From Hyphochytrium catenoides (Eukaryota > Protista > Hyphochytriomycota), in assembly GCA_900088475.1 (NCBI GenBank), contig FLMG01000505.1, positions 21,337-85,336 on the forward strand: a stretch of 64,000 bases of DNA, read 5' to 3'. Numbering within the stretch: position 1 is the first letter of the stretch; every line of letters starts with the position of its first letter. A program made the translations under genes and the position numbers. The notes beneath the pieces are model-generated. The model saw nothing but the letters and a program-made list of their open reading frames with translations, had not been told where the DNA came from and made no database searches. This document shows positions 13,282-24,800 of the stretch, one piece after another.

Positions 13282-14805
13282 TCACGCAATGTGATCGTGC
13301 CTAGGCAAAGTATAGCTCTTCCGCCGTATGGCTGAGGGTAGTAGCTGCCTAAAGGAAGAATGGGATAATCTTCCGCGACAAACAAACATTCCTACCACAA
13401 CGCCTAAGAACATAAGGCGGATCAAGATGTACTTCACCCAATCGACTTCGTCCTCGATGTAGCCCGATCGGATGCATATCGCTAGTGCCGAGAGTCCACC
13501 AATCAAACAACTGGAGCCTAGCGGATAACCTTCCAGAAATCGATGGATCTGCAGCATATATGTGGTGTCTATGTTATGAAAGGTCATCCACATATCGTGC
13601 AAGTCTGCGACCTCATACAATCTTGGACCTCCATAAATTCGAAATAGAGATTCAGCCGCGCATCCCCAGAACTCGTGAGGGGGATACTGGTGCATCATAG
13701 GATGGGCCACAAGTCTTGTCCCTGTCTTCTCCGCACACTGGGAGACGGTGAGATCATGGTATATAGTAGAGGGACATAAGCCCTTGTGATAACCTTCGAT
13801 CATGGATGTGACAGATTCGCGGCTGAAAATTTGACCAGCTCCCAAGTGCAGATAGCCGAAAGGATTATCGCCAAACGCGTCTTTCGTCCCGATGCGAAGA
13901 GACTGCACAAAGTGCCAAAGCACATTCGGCCGCAGGTATGTACTTTCGTTGCACATAACAAAGAAGCTTGCTTTGGGAAACTCTTGAACAGCATGAGACC
14001 ATATCCTCCATGTGTCTGGAAGGGCTTCGACAGACTGGCGATATTTTTGAGTGGTGGATGACTCTAGAGATACTGAACCATCCGATGTTATGAAGCGGAC
14101 CTTATAACCCATGTTGGCCGCAGCCCCTCCCCAAGACCTCCGGACGGCCTCAGACTGAGCAGTTGAGGCGTCACCTGAGGTGAGGATAAGAATAGCCACT
14201 TGGTCAGGGCTTGTCAAGTGGCTTTGAGCATCGATAGGTGACGATCTGTAGCTTTGCAGAACTTTTTGAAGCATGTGAGTGTCTGCCTGGTATCGCACAG
14301 GATGCTCCCCCAGGGGACTGGGTTTGCATGCAGACGCCATTAAGCTCACAATCACAGATCGCAATGTAAAAAGGCCCAGAATAATACCGAGGGCCCATAA
14401 AGGCCAATGCCTGTAGTTCCATAGCAGGTGAAGCTGGTGACACCAGCGAGCACGCCTACTCCTGGTTTGATTCAGCATCGCTGCTAGATAGGAGGCAGAG
14501 AGGTGAGAAGTGTGCAGGAAGTCGGTAGAAGTACTGCTGCCATAGCCACTGTTCAGGGTGAGCAGCCAAGCAGCAGCAGGCCGTACTGTTCCCGCTGCAT
14601 GATAGTTATTACCCTTCCGTCCTATCTCCCTTCGGAATGGAGAGGTCCAGCCAAAGCTCTCATCGATCTGCTGAAGAGGAGGCAGAAAGCGCTTGGCCTT
14701 CGTCTCTTGATGCATCCTTTGACAGCGCGAAGTTACTCCGCGCCAAGCCTCTTGGGTGAGCAGGGCAGCAACCTGCAGACCGCCCTTCTCCAGATCTTGA
14801 TCCAT
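13282..14805 (-). CDS. Intronless GT31 (Fringe/C1GalT1-like) glycosyltransferase-fold protein with degenerate DxD motif
   Basis: 507-aa ORF. TM 'WPLWALGIILGLFTL', then 'VAILILTS...AVRRSWG', 'FFVMCNESTY' (canonical xKADDDTY), 'GYLHLGAGQIFSRESV' (canonical GYxSGGAGYVLSREA), 'HDLTVSQC' (canonical EDVxxGxC), 'MTFHNI'. Extra C-terminal TM. Confidence 0.8.
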   Translation of the reverse strand: MDQDLEKGGLQVAALLTQEAWRGVTSRCQRMHQETKAKRFLPPLQQIDESFGWTSPFRREIGRKGNNYHAAGTVRPAAAWLLTLNSGYGSSTSTDFLHTSHLSASYLAAMLNQTRSRRARWCHQLHLLWNYRHWPLWALGIILGLFTLRSVIVSLMASACKPSPLGEHPVRYQADTHMLQKVLQSYRSSPIDAQSHLTSPDQVAILILTSGDASTAQSEAVRRSWGGAAANMGYKVRFITSDGSVSLESSTTQKYRQSVEALPDTWRIWSHAVQEFPKASFFVMCNESTYLRPNVLWHFVQSLRIGTKDAFGDNPFGYLHLGAGQIFSRESVTSMIEGYHKGLCPSTIYHDLTVSQCAEKTGTRLVAHPMMHQYPPHEFWGCAAESLFRIYGGPRLYEVADLHDMWMTFHNIDTTYMLQIHRFLEGYPLGSSCLIGGLSALAICIRSGYIEDEVDWVKYILIRLMFLGVVVGMFVCRGRLSHSSFRQLLPSAIRRKSYTLPRHDHIA

Positions 14806-15306
14806 GACTTCAATATTTTGGTAATCACCTCAGATATCTTGGGTCATAACTCAGTTAACGCGGGTCAAGTCATCCGAATAATTCAGGTTGACGTTGAGTT
14901 AGGAAGGCCAATGAACTCTGTCATCAATTTCAACAAATGCTGCGGTAGGCGACTAGTAGAGGTCAAAACCTGGGTACCCAAGGATATTTCAAAATTATCC
15001 AGAGATACGCAGACAGCTCTTCAGGCTCCACAACTTGTCTGCCGGGCAGGTTGGAAGAGCTCTCTGTAGATCCTTGTAGATCAGAAGCCTAACTAGGAGT
15101 GAAGCTCCAGGATGACTGCCACTTCAACACGTCCAGTCGAAAGCCAGGTGTCACCGCACTGATCGAAGCTTCGTATGCAGTTCTCATGGCTATCACTGAG
15201 CCCTTGATAGAATAATCCGCCAGGCTACTTTCCCTTTAAGGAGGAGGCGCTTGCTGGTCTGGCCGTTGAATCCTTATCCTTAAGCAGTGGAAGCGCACAG
15301 CTGACG

Positions 15307-16467
15307 ATGGACGACAAATGCTATGTTGGCACTCATCTCTCACCCATAGAGAGTGCTAGGAAGCGTGTTTCGGATTGTCGGAATGGCTGCCCTGATGGTA
15401 TTTGCGATGACTTTTCCGACCTTTCAAAGAAGGAGCAGCTGCGACAGTCTCCAAGATTGGGTCTTACCCTTGTAGGGCTATATGGAGTTCTTGTCTCCAT
15501 AATATGCCTCTATCAATGCTCTCGCATAGACGATCTGCAACTGCAGGTTGTAAAGAGGATGCAGCCACCCTTCGCACTATCTCCGGAATATGGCGCCAAT
15601 AGATCGCATCAGGATGGTTGTGATCTATGCAGAAGTTCATCATCACGAAGGAGCTTGTCAGATAATGCTAGTAGGGGATATCCAGTTCCAAATTACGTGC
15701 ACTTTGTTTACGCTAACAAGCAAGACGCGGTTCCAGATCTTCCATATTGGGTTTATCTTAATATTGCGATGGCCAAGGATGTGCAGAAGCCTGAAAAGAT
15801 CTTCTTCCACTGTGTCCAGGAACCTCGGGGCAGATGGTGGGATAGGGTGAAAAGCTGGGTGGAGATGCATATCATTCGGGACGTGACGGAAATTTTTGGA
15901 AACCCTATATACCACAGTGCCCACAAAGCTGACATCATTCGGATGGAAGTACTGCTCAAGTATGGAGGTATCTACTTTGACACAGACGTCCTTCTGCTAA
16001 AGAATCTGACACCTCTACGAGCCTTCCCGTTCGTCATGGGAATTGAAGAACATGGGGTCGGCCTGGGAAACTCGGTAATGATCTCCGCCCCTGGGGCAAC
16101 ATTTTTGGAAAGGTGGTACGAGATGTATCGTACCTTCGATCACACCGATTGGGACTATCATTCAGTCCAGCTGCCATTCCACCTGTCTCAGGCTTATCCC
16201 ACGGACATTGTGCTTGTACCCAAGGCAGGATGGTTCTATCCCTTCGGAGGGGTGAAAATCAAGCTATTCGGAGACTCTATATTGGACAATTCTAACCATT
16301 GGGCTCAGCATTTATTCCACAACATGGTGAAGTCGAGATTAGATGTGGAGGTTACAGGCCCGAGTTACTTCTTCAGAAAGCGTAATACGTACACAGTGGC
16401 AATAGTCACACGCAACACCACGGATTACCCGCATGTCATGGAAGCCTTGACGGTCGGAGAGGACTAG
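15307..16467 (+). CDS. Intronless GT32 family glycosyltransferase (DxD sugar-binding; alpha-1,4-GT/SUR1/OCH1-like), type II membrane protein
   Basis: 386-aa ORF with TM 'LGLTLVGLYGVLVSIICLY', 'VPNYVHFVY', 'AHKADIIRMEVLLKYGGIYFDTDVLLLK', 'LGNSVMIS.PG..FL..W', 'WDYHSVQLP'. Confidence 0.9.
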   Translation: MDDKCYVGTHLSPIESARKRVSDCRNGCPDGICDDFSDLSKKEQLRQSPRLGLTLVGLYGVLVSIICLYQCSRIDDLQLQVVKRMQPPFALSPEYGANRSHQDGCDLCRSSSSRRSLSDNASRGYPVPNYVHFVYANKQDAVPDLPYWVYLNIAMAKDVQKPEKIFFHCVQEPRGRWWDRVKSWVEMHIIRDVTEIFGNPIYHSAHKADIIRMEVLLKYGGIYFDTDVLLLKNLTPLRAFPFVMGIEEHGVGLGNSVMISAPGATFLERWYEMYRTFDHTDWDYHSVQLPFHLSQAYPTDIVLVPKAGWFYPFGGVKIKLFGDSILDNSNHWAQHLFHNMVKSRLDVEVTGPSYFFRKRNTYTVAIVTRNTTDYPHVMEALTVGED

Positions 16468-16511
16468 GTGGACATCACTGAGCTGATTTTCTCAATTGAC
16501 CAATGCGTTAA

Positions 16512-16729
16512 TGTCCCACTCAAAAATCCTTTGTGCAAGGCTTGCATTGATCAAGGATACTAATAACGTACGGCACGCTTAGTGGTGGCTATCGGTTCAA
16601 CACGTGGTTGGCGCGGTATTGTCCCACTAAATAAATATAATCCTTTGTGCAAGGGGAACGCAATGACTTATGAACTCTATACTAAATAGCGGCAGGCTTC
16701 GTGGTATCGCTATCGATGTAACAAGTGGT
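16512..16729. repeat. Diverged tandem duplication, ~108-bp period, just 3' of the GT32 stop
   Basis: Both units share TGTCCCACT...AATCCTTTGTGCAAGG...TACTAA...CGGCA.GCTT.GTGGT..GCTATCG...AACA.GTGGT (unit starts 16512 and 16620). Confidence 0.8.
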
Positions 16730-18873
16730 CTGATACTTGAGCTCGACGCTTTTGGTGAGTAGGCAGATGTTGATGCATGGACATAGAACCCCGACAGTCT
16801 AATATGCTGTGTTTGTCAGTCTTCGTCCTTAGGGCGCCGCTGTCTTTTGGATGGGAGGTCAGTGGTGCCTCTCGTTCTGATAATCACCCACTGATCACTG
16901 GTGTGGGCCGTTACAAAAGAATGAAGCGATGAAGAGGCAAGCGTCAAGCGTCCTCATAGTTTTTCCTTTTTTGAAGAGTGAGCGAGCAAGCGCCTTGGGT
17001 TCTGATACGTTGCTTTCATTATTCCGCGGAAGTAAGTAACAAGGATATTGATAAAGTTTGAGGATCTGGTGTCGTGGGAACTAAAGAGTTTGATATCAAG
17101 CGTTTTTATCTTTAGCGCAGAGTTCACCACGTTAGGGCACAAACTTTGATGTGTCGGCTTCATCTAAATGGTTCTTTCAAGGCAGCTCTTGCTGGCGATG
17201 TTAGCGGAATCCCGCTGACTTTTGACCATAAATAGTAAGGGAGTAAGGGTCAATCTGCTCCGAAGATCTTGGAAGGTGGCGAGATGCCCATAGCATTGTT
17301 CTTGACTACAAAGGTACTGGTCGGAAGCAGGGAAACAGGTGCGGGTAGCTACTAACTATCGCTTTTATATCCTTGAAACAGCTGTTATGAGGCAGGAGAA
17401 GAGAGTGACTTCTTCATTCAAAGGATGCGAAGGCCAGCTGACAATTAAGAAGATTTCTCTCTCCAGTCTTCACATCCCAAGAGATTTTGAGCGCATTCAT
17501 CTAAAGCTAAAGCAGGATACTCAGTGCGACACTGCAAAGCCTTCTTCTCTCCCGGCTCTCACTCTGTGCGTCTAGCTTTTACCAAAAGTTGCCTAACCAT
17601 TAAAAGAACGATGTGACTTTTAAATGGGCTGGTTCGTGTTTCCATCAGCAGTACCTTCTTACAAGCAGCGTCAGTAGGCCAGCGTCAGCGAGCAGCGTCG
17701 TTATAAACAACCTCACCGTCAGTAGAAAACCTCCCTTACTGATCTCAGGGTGATGATATACCGCCCACCTCAAACTAGGAGTAGGATCCGACAAGTGGCC
17801 CTCGCCAGAAGAAAGCAGCAATCACGACTGCGCTAAGCCTATCATGTTCCCCGGGCGGCAGCTGGATGGCTGTAGTCTCTTAACGACTCTGTATGATCTC
17901 TGGACCTGAACGCCCTGAGGTACCAAGCTACCCCTGGCCGGAGAACCAGGAAGGATAGGAGATTTCACAACTCCACATTGGCCATCATCCAACGAAAGCT
18001 CATCATTAAGTCTCCATAGGTTTCTCTCTCCTCAGCTTCTCATTCTCAACACCTGACTAACCGTCTTCCTGCCTGCTTGAGCTAAGCAGACTCTCATCAC
18101 CACCATCATAACACGAGCTGAAATGAACCATCATCAAACCACAAATACCAGTCGCTCTAACTGTCGGCCCATCCGCTTCACCAATTCTCTGGTCAGAACT
18201 CTAAGAAAGCATCAAACTTGGTTAGATTGTTTGCCCTATGATTCTCAGTTTCGGCTGACAAGCCTCAATTTGTCGAAGCAACTACTGCCATACGTGTGAG
18301 TGCCTCCACTCCGGCATTTGCTTTACGATTTGATGAGTTGCACTCGAATCGTTGGGCTTTACTCAGGGTGAAGACGACCAACCTCCATTGCTTCTTCTTA
18401 CAAATGAGTTGGTGTTATCCCGAGCATTATAAATGACTGCCTGTTATCCCGAGCATTGGTTGTGGGGAAGGACGCGGCAACCTTTGATGACAGCTCTGGG
18501 CATAGTTAACCGTGCGAAGAGTTGATGAGCTCCTCGTGAGCTCTAAAGGCCTTTAGGATGCTAAAATGAGAGACTAAGAACATGAGGAGCAGAGGGGCCA
18601 ATGAGAAGGTGAAGTTTCAGCAGCTGTGACGTTTGTTTTTTTATGGGCAGCGTCAGGTTTGCCGCATAAAACCTCAACAAAGTGTGATTCTCTCTTCCTC
18701 AAACTAGAGACTGACCACTTTTCAGCACCAAACAGGCTGCGAATTGCCGTCTACCTGACAACAGAAGCAGAAGACTATCACAATATTATTAGTAACATCT
18801 CAGCGGCAATCATTATCAACACTTCCGCTCGATCTGCTACCCAGAAGGCCAGTATACCCTTTCTACGCCAAGT

Positions 18874-21800
18874 TTACTTCTTAAGCCTGGCGAACCGTTC
18901 TAGCAACATCCCAGTAGTTGTTGCGGGTCTGTCTGTCTTGGGCTGGGTGTTGCCTTCCCTAGTCTCCGCCTGAGATAGCAGGCGAGAGCCTTGAAGGCGC
19001 TCTCGAAGTTCCCCTGCCGTCTGATACGAGAGATTCTTTGCGCTTGACGACTCCGAGAGACCTTGACGGCGTAACATCAAATGAGAAATGCAAAAAGACA
19101 CTTGCACTAGCCTGTGGGATGAACTACACTGACATAGAGCTCGAGAGATCTAGCAAACGGTGCGAGCCAAAGAGTGAAGACATAAAGCTGTGAAGCGAAG
19201 CCAGCAATAGGCCGCCCGGACACCAAAGAAAGTACCAAGTAGTTGATACTGTAGGAATACTAGAACAGAGTCATATCCACATTGTCTTCGAACTGACATT
19301 CCCTTGGCGTGAAAACCAAGACGAATAGTCAAAATCAACCTAAGCTTTACCTGAGGAGTGCCCCACTGTCTGACTGAGCTTCATCTTCAGCTGCCTCACG
19401 CGATCAAGTGTCTCATCCTGGCTCTCCAAGCCAGACTTGGCCTCCAAGGCCGCAAGACTGCTTGAGTTAAGGGTCAACGACTTCTGCTTTTTCTGATAGG
19501 AAAGGATCTATTGTCAGTCTCGAGCATACGCTCAGAACGTTGGCTAAAGACGACGGGATAGAAGGGGTGTCATGGAAGACGTGCAGGAGAAGGGCAAGCT
19601 CCACCAAACACCATGGGAAGCCAAGCAAATTCTTCTTTGCTGTGTTGGGACTCACCGTCAGTTCAAGTCGCTCGAGCTCCATCTTGATACGCCACTGGAA
19701 GGCCGAGCTTGCCTTACTGAGCGGCTGCGCGATGTCATATTCCGGGTGAGCTTTCTGTAGATTATACGCAGTGAGGACCCTGTCAAAGCTTAATGCCTTT
19801 TACCATATGTTTATGTAGAGCAGAAACGAAACAAGTGGAGAGAGGTACTCACAGTGAAGTCATAAAGGTCACGAATAGCTTGATCCGAGCCCGGGCTGTC
19901 AGCCGCTTCTGCCGAGATGGCTTTGAAAATACGTGCCAGTTCCTCATGAAGACTGCTCGAAATGTTGCCAGGTGTAACTACACGAAGACAATGGGGAGTG
20001 AGGGACTGCAAACTGGTGGATGATGTCCAGGACAGCTGAGGAATGGTTCTTTTTAGTACCTTTGCCTCCTTCTAATTTGATCCCTTTCGACTTCAACTCC
20101 TCGACGACTGCAGACGATGCGGGGAGCTGAGATCCAGCAATTTCCAGTCTCTCCGTGCCTCCTGAGTTCTTCAGTGCTTCAACAAAGGAGTAAAGCAGGT
20201 GCTTCAGGGCATTTCTGACGGGGTCCACTGGTGCCGCTTGGGCTTTGCTATCCTCTCGATAGAATTGGTCAATCGTCGATAGGAGGCGAGATGCGTCTAC
20301 CGTCAGGTATGGCTGTTTAGCTTGATTCTCTGCCTTCATTAGAAGTAGGAGGAGCTAGCGAAAGGGAAAGCGTCAGCAAGAGGGTGTTATACAGCATACT
20401 GCCGAGTTGTTAGCTCTAACAAGACCCCTTCCGCCCCCCCCCTAAAAACGATGTGCCTTGCACCGTCTAAAATCGTCCTGTCAACATAAACCAGCGGTAT
20501 GAACACTACTCATTCCTTCTCCAAGGACGTACGGCTAAGTACCAGACTATGATTGATACAGCTTCTGTTCACTTTTCGCTAATACCTTGACGGTGATTTT
20601 GGGTATCACGCCTTCTGAATCTTGATTTTCCTTGTCCTTATTGCAGACGGAAAGTAGACGCACGAGAGTGACTAGGGAAACCGTCCTATCAGTTTTTTCG
20701 GCGGCCTGCATGGCTAGTTTGTTCAACGCCCAGACGATCTTTTCTGCGTGCTCTGGATATTTTCCACCTGGTTTAAGCCTTGGATCCACCAGGTGTTTAA
20801 TGGCCTCACCTAGCATCTGAGTAAGCGAGTCCGAACCAATCTGAAAAGCAACCTGATGTCCCAAATACCGCCCGAATTACGGCGGATGAACAAGGTTAGG
20901 TGACAGCGGAGACCGATTTCGTATCAGAAGGCTGGCAGGAAACGATGACAGGGCAGAAGTACCCAACTCTTGACAAAGCCGAGAACGAGCTAATTGGTTC
21001 GAGGGGCAGCACTCAAAACGCGATATATTCCCTTCATCTGAGCGTTTTCAGAACATGCCTATAGCTGTCTTCGCTTACCTCAGTTTCTTTGAAGAGAAGT
21101 ACCATCGCAGAAAGAGACAGAGAAAGTACGTAGATATCAATTTCCGAATCGTTGGGCCCACTCGAAAACGATGCCCGCATCGCTCGCGTCAACTTTATCA
21201 GAAGATTGTCCACATTCGACACGAGAAAGTCCTTATCTGCAGCTTCAAGTGATGAGCCCTCCAGGTCACCCTCCTTGATCTGGCCTGTAGCAGATCCTGA
21301 CGCCATGGCGTGCACCGTTTTTATTGCTTCCTTGCCTTCCTTATATGCGAGAGAGGACTTGCTAACCAGCCTGGGCCCTCTTGTTCCCTCCAGTACCAAG
21401 AGCTTGTCCAGTCTTGAGAGCAACTCTTTGTGCATACGGGTTAGGGCGTCGTCAGTGCACCCATAAGAGGGGGAGGTTGATAGACCGGGCTTGTCGAGCT
21501 CCAACTGTCTAGCTACAGCCGAAGCGCCGGTTCTCGTCTTGTCTGCAGAATGGAACGGTTCGATTCTGGTATTGTCAGATTGAGGAGTGCTAGAGAAGTT
21601 GTTGATGTCGATGTGAGAATCGTCGTACTTCAGTGGGGAGGCATCTGTAAGCTCTTCTGGACCTGAAACTGGTGCAGGAATAGGAGGAGGAGGGCGATTC
21701 ACTAGCGACGGGGCAGCTTGCTTCGCGGCCATCGGCTCCGGCCTTGACAGAGAAGAGGACGGGCCAATAGTGGCGTATTTGACCTTCGCTTCGACCTTCT

Positions 21801-24800
21801 GGTGCTTCATCCTCTGCTCCAGCAGATCCTTTACCTTCTGGCTGTTTACTGGGCAAAGCTGATAAAACTTGGTCACGTCAGCATCACATTTCAGGTAGAC
21901 CGCCATCATCGTGCTCAGGGCACTCTCTCGGACATCTTTCTCAGGCGCGTCTACTAGCGCTACCATATCCTTCAGTGCTTTCTTGCCAGCGATACCATAG
22001 CCTAGGCCGTTGGCAACAAGTTGGAGTTGGATTTAGAGATATTGACTTTGCGAGCACAGTCCTCGTAGCCATGCCGCAACTTACCAAAGTTCTGTATGAG
22101 CTGTCCCATGAAGTCCAGACATGCAGATTTCGTTCTGGTGTTTTTGGAGGTCAGGCCTCCCATAACATAGGGAGAATACTTGCTTGCGGGGTAGATTTGA
22201 CTGATTAGCGTCATCACTTCACGATAAGAGTCCCTAAAGCGAGGCTTCTGTTGGCCACACTCCTAATGAGACGAGCTTTTGAGTCAGTTGAAGGGCAATC
22301 GTACAAGAGAGAAACCTAGGGTATCTACCTTGATGAGAGTTGGCAGAAAGATCATAGCCTCAACGTCATGCAGCTCGTAGGCAGAAGCTTTGAGCATTGT
22401 GAAGAGGGATATTTGGATCTCCAAGAGCCGAGCCAAAGCCTATGGACCGTCGCACATCAGTCATGTTGTCCGTTAGCCTTTACAAAGCAGCTTAATAGAA
22501 TCAGGTATGTTTCTCGGCAACTAACCTGAACATTGTTATCGATCATCCTTAAGGTGCACCATTTGAGGACAAGATCTAGTGAGTCCTTCACCTCTTCCGG
22601 CATTGTCGAGATCGCATTTGCCAAATCGTCCATGCCAGCCAAGATGCCCTTCTCAACAGAAGGGGCGAACAGCTTCGCTTCCAAATCAGGACTGAACAAC
22701 GCGGAACAGCGAACGTGACAGAAGAGGAACCGGAGAACGTTAGCATGGGTGCAATTGTACGCATAGTTGCAGAACTAGCTCGTGGTACTGAAATGTGAGC
22801 ACGCACAGCCATCCCTTGAGCCCTCATTAGCTTATTGATATGGGCAAAGCAATATTGAAGGGACAACCTAACTTGAACCCCACTTATGTCCAAATACACC
22901 AGAGCACGGTAAAAAGTTATAAGGTGCAAACGTCAACGGTGGCTATTGTCGTCACCTGATGAATGGCTTCCAATCGTCCTGCAACGATTGTTTGCAGGCT
23001 GCCTCATCCTTCGGATCCTCAAAGACCCATCTATTCCTCTTTGTCTTCTCCAAGCGTTGCGTTTTCTGGTTGTTTCTAAGCATCATAACATCATTGGGCC
23101 GACCATTAGAGACCTCCATAGGGGCACTAGGAGGTGGCTGACTTCCCGTTCCTCCTGGTGCTCCCACTCCAGCTGTCGAAACGGGTTTCTTTAGCGTGCC
23201 AAACTTGCTTCTCATCCCGGAGGTAGCCCGCACAGTGGAGGCTTTCCTTGTGACGGAGATAGGTCCTTCGGAGGCAGGGGCCGGTTTGTCTTCTACGTCA
23301 ATGGGCTCTGGTACGCCCGAAGACGATTCTCGGTTATCTGCGGCCTCTGGTACCAGGGGCGCAGCACTTGCAGGTTCGCCTTGCCCTCTTTCATTGCTCG
23401 CCGCTGCGGCCACATTGGCAAAGATTTTTTCAAGTATAGGACTAAGCGTACGCATAACCGCAGGCTTGACGTCTCTGCAGCCGTTGCGCACAGCATCAGG
23501 CCCCACGGATCTGGTGACCACCTCCAACACCTCCTGGGCTTTCTGTCGAGTAGCGGCGTTTTTGTCCTGCAAGCAAAGTATGAGAGAACCCACAATGGGC
23601 GTGAAGTCGATAGAGGTTCCTATTTTGTCGATGTTCTTGGCCATCCATACAAGTAGTTCTCCTGCAAAAGATAACGTGAAGAAAGAGTCATCATTGAGCT
23701 TCAGATCCATTTCCGAGAAGACAAGCCAACTGAACCCAAAGGTCTCCGTGCTACAATATGTAAGGGCCCGCTCTATCGGAAGACCATCAACTCACCTCTA
23801 CCGACCGGATTATTAAGAGCAGCAGGAAACAGTGTCATGAGACTATCAAAGCAAGCCGTGTGCGGCTTGCCTCCATGTACAATCCAGCTTTCCAGGCAAT
23901 CAATGGAAGCGCTTTGCATTACTTTTTTGTTGTCGCTTACACAGCCCAACACCTCTCCCATGCAAACCTTAGCGAACCTAGCACAATCTGGGCCCAAGCT
24001 CTGTGCGACCACACCAATCACTTGGGCGGCTTTCACCTTGAAGAGTTCGAGTAGGATAACAATTGGTTTGTCAAAGAGGACCCAATTTATGCGCAATATA
24101 AAGCAAAGTCCACCTTAAGATTTTACAATAAGGGTGGTCCAAATACAAAAGACCAATGATAGGGAAGGATGATAGCGAGCCAATATCGGCGGTCCAGAGC
24201 GGGCAGCGGTACGGAATCTTACCTTAAGGTTGGCATTTGAATCTGAAAGCCTGCCCTTAAGGCTCTTGAAGAGCACTCCAACGCTCTTGGTCGGTTGTAT
24301 GCAATTCCCAGTTTCGGCGCAGATAGCAACCACTTGTTCCATAGCTGCAAGCCGCTGCTGCCAGTCTTTGCTGTCTCCTTCCTTTTCCATCTTCTCTAGT
24401 AGATCTTTCGATATTTTCTTGGTAATGTCCACCCTCTCCAGAAGAGACGAAGATGACGCAATAGCTGCTAAGCTTTGGCCCTTGATACAGCGTTTCACGG
24501 AACTAAGGGCATTGACAGGGTCATAGCCCGCCTTACTGAATTCTGAGTCTAAGGACGATAGTAAGGCAGGCTTAAGGCCCTCCCCTATGATCGCCTTCAA
24601 AGCCGGCCCCATCTGCTTGTACAGAACACCTAACAGAGATATGGCATTGTTCTTTACCAGGGGGTTAGAAGCCTCTAAGCCGTAGGGCCCCTTCACATAG
24701 TCAACAACAGATCTTGCTCCACATTCTCCAGCACCAAAATCTGCGATGAGCTTTGAGATGAACTCTAGGGCTGCAGCATGCACCGCAGGAGCTTTGACAG

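Noticed and set aside
16954-17163. ORF with 'LDIKLFSSHDTRSS', reminiscent of a tyrosine-recombinase HxxR box (DIRS/Ngaro remnant)
   Set aside because: One short motif only; no other recombinase, RT or RNase H motifs recognised nearby.
18413-18457. 16-bp direct repeat TGTTATCCCGAGCATT, superficially CRISPR-repeat-like
   Set aside because: Only two copies with a 13-bp spacer, in a eukaryotic context with no cas genes.
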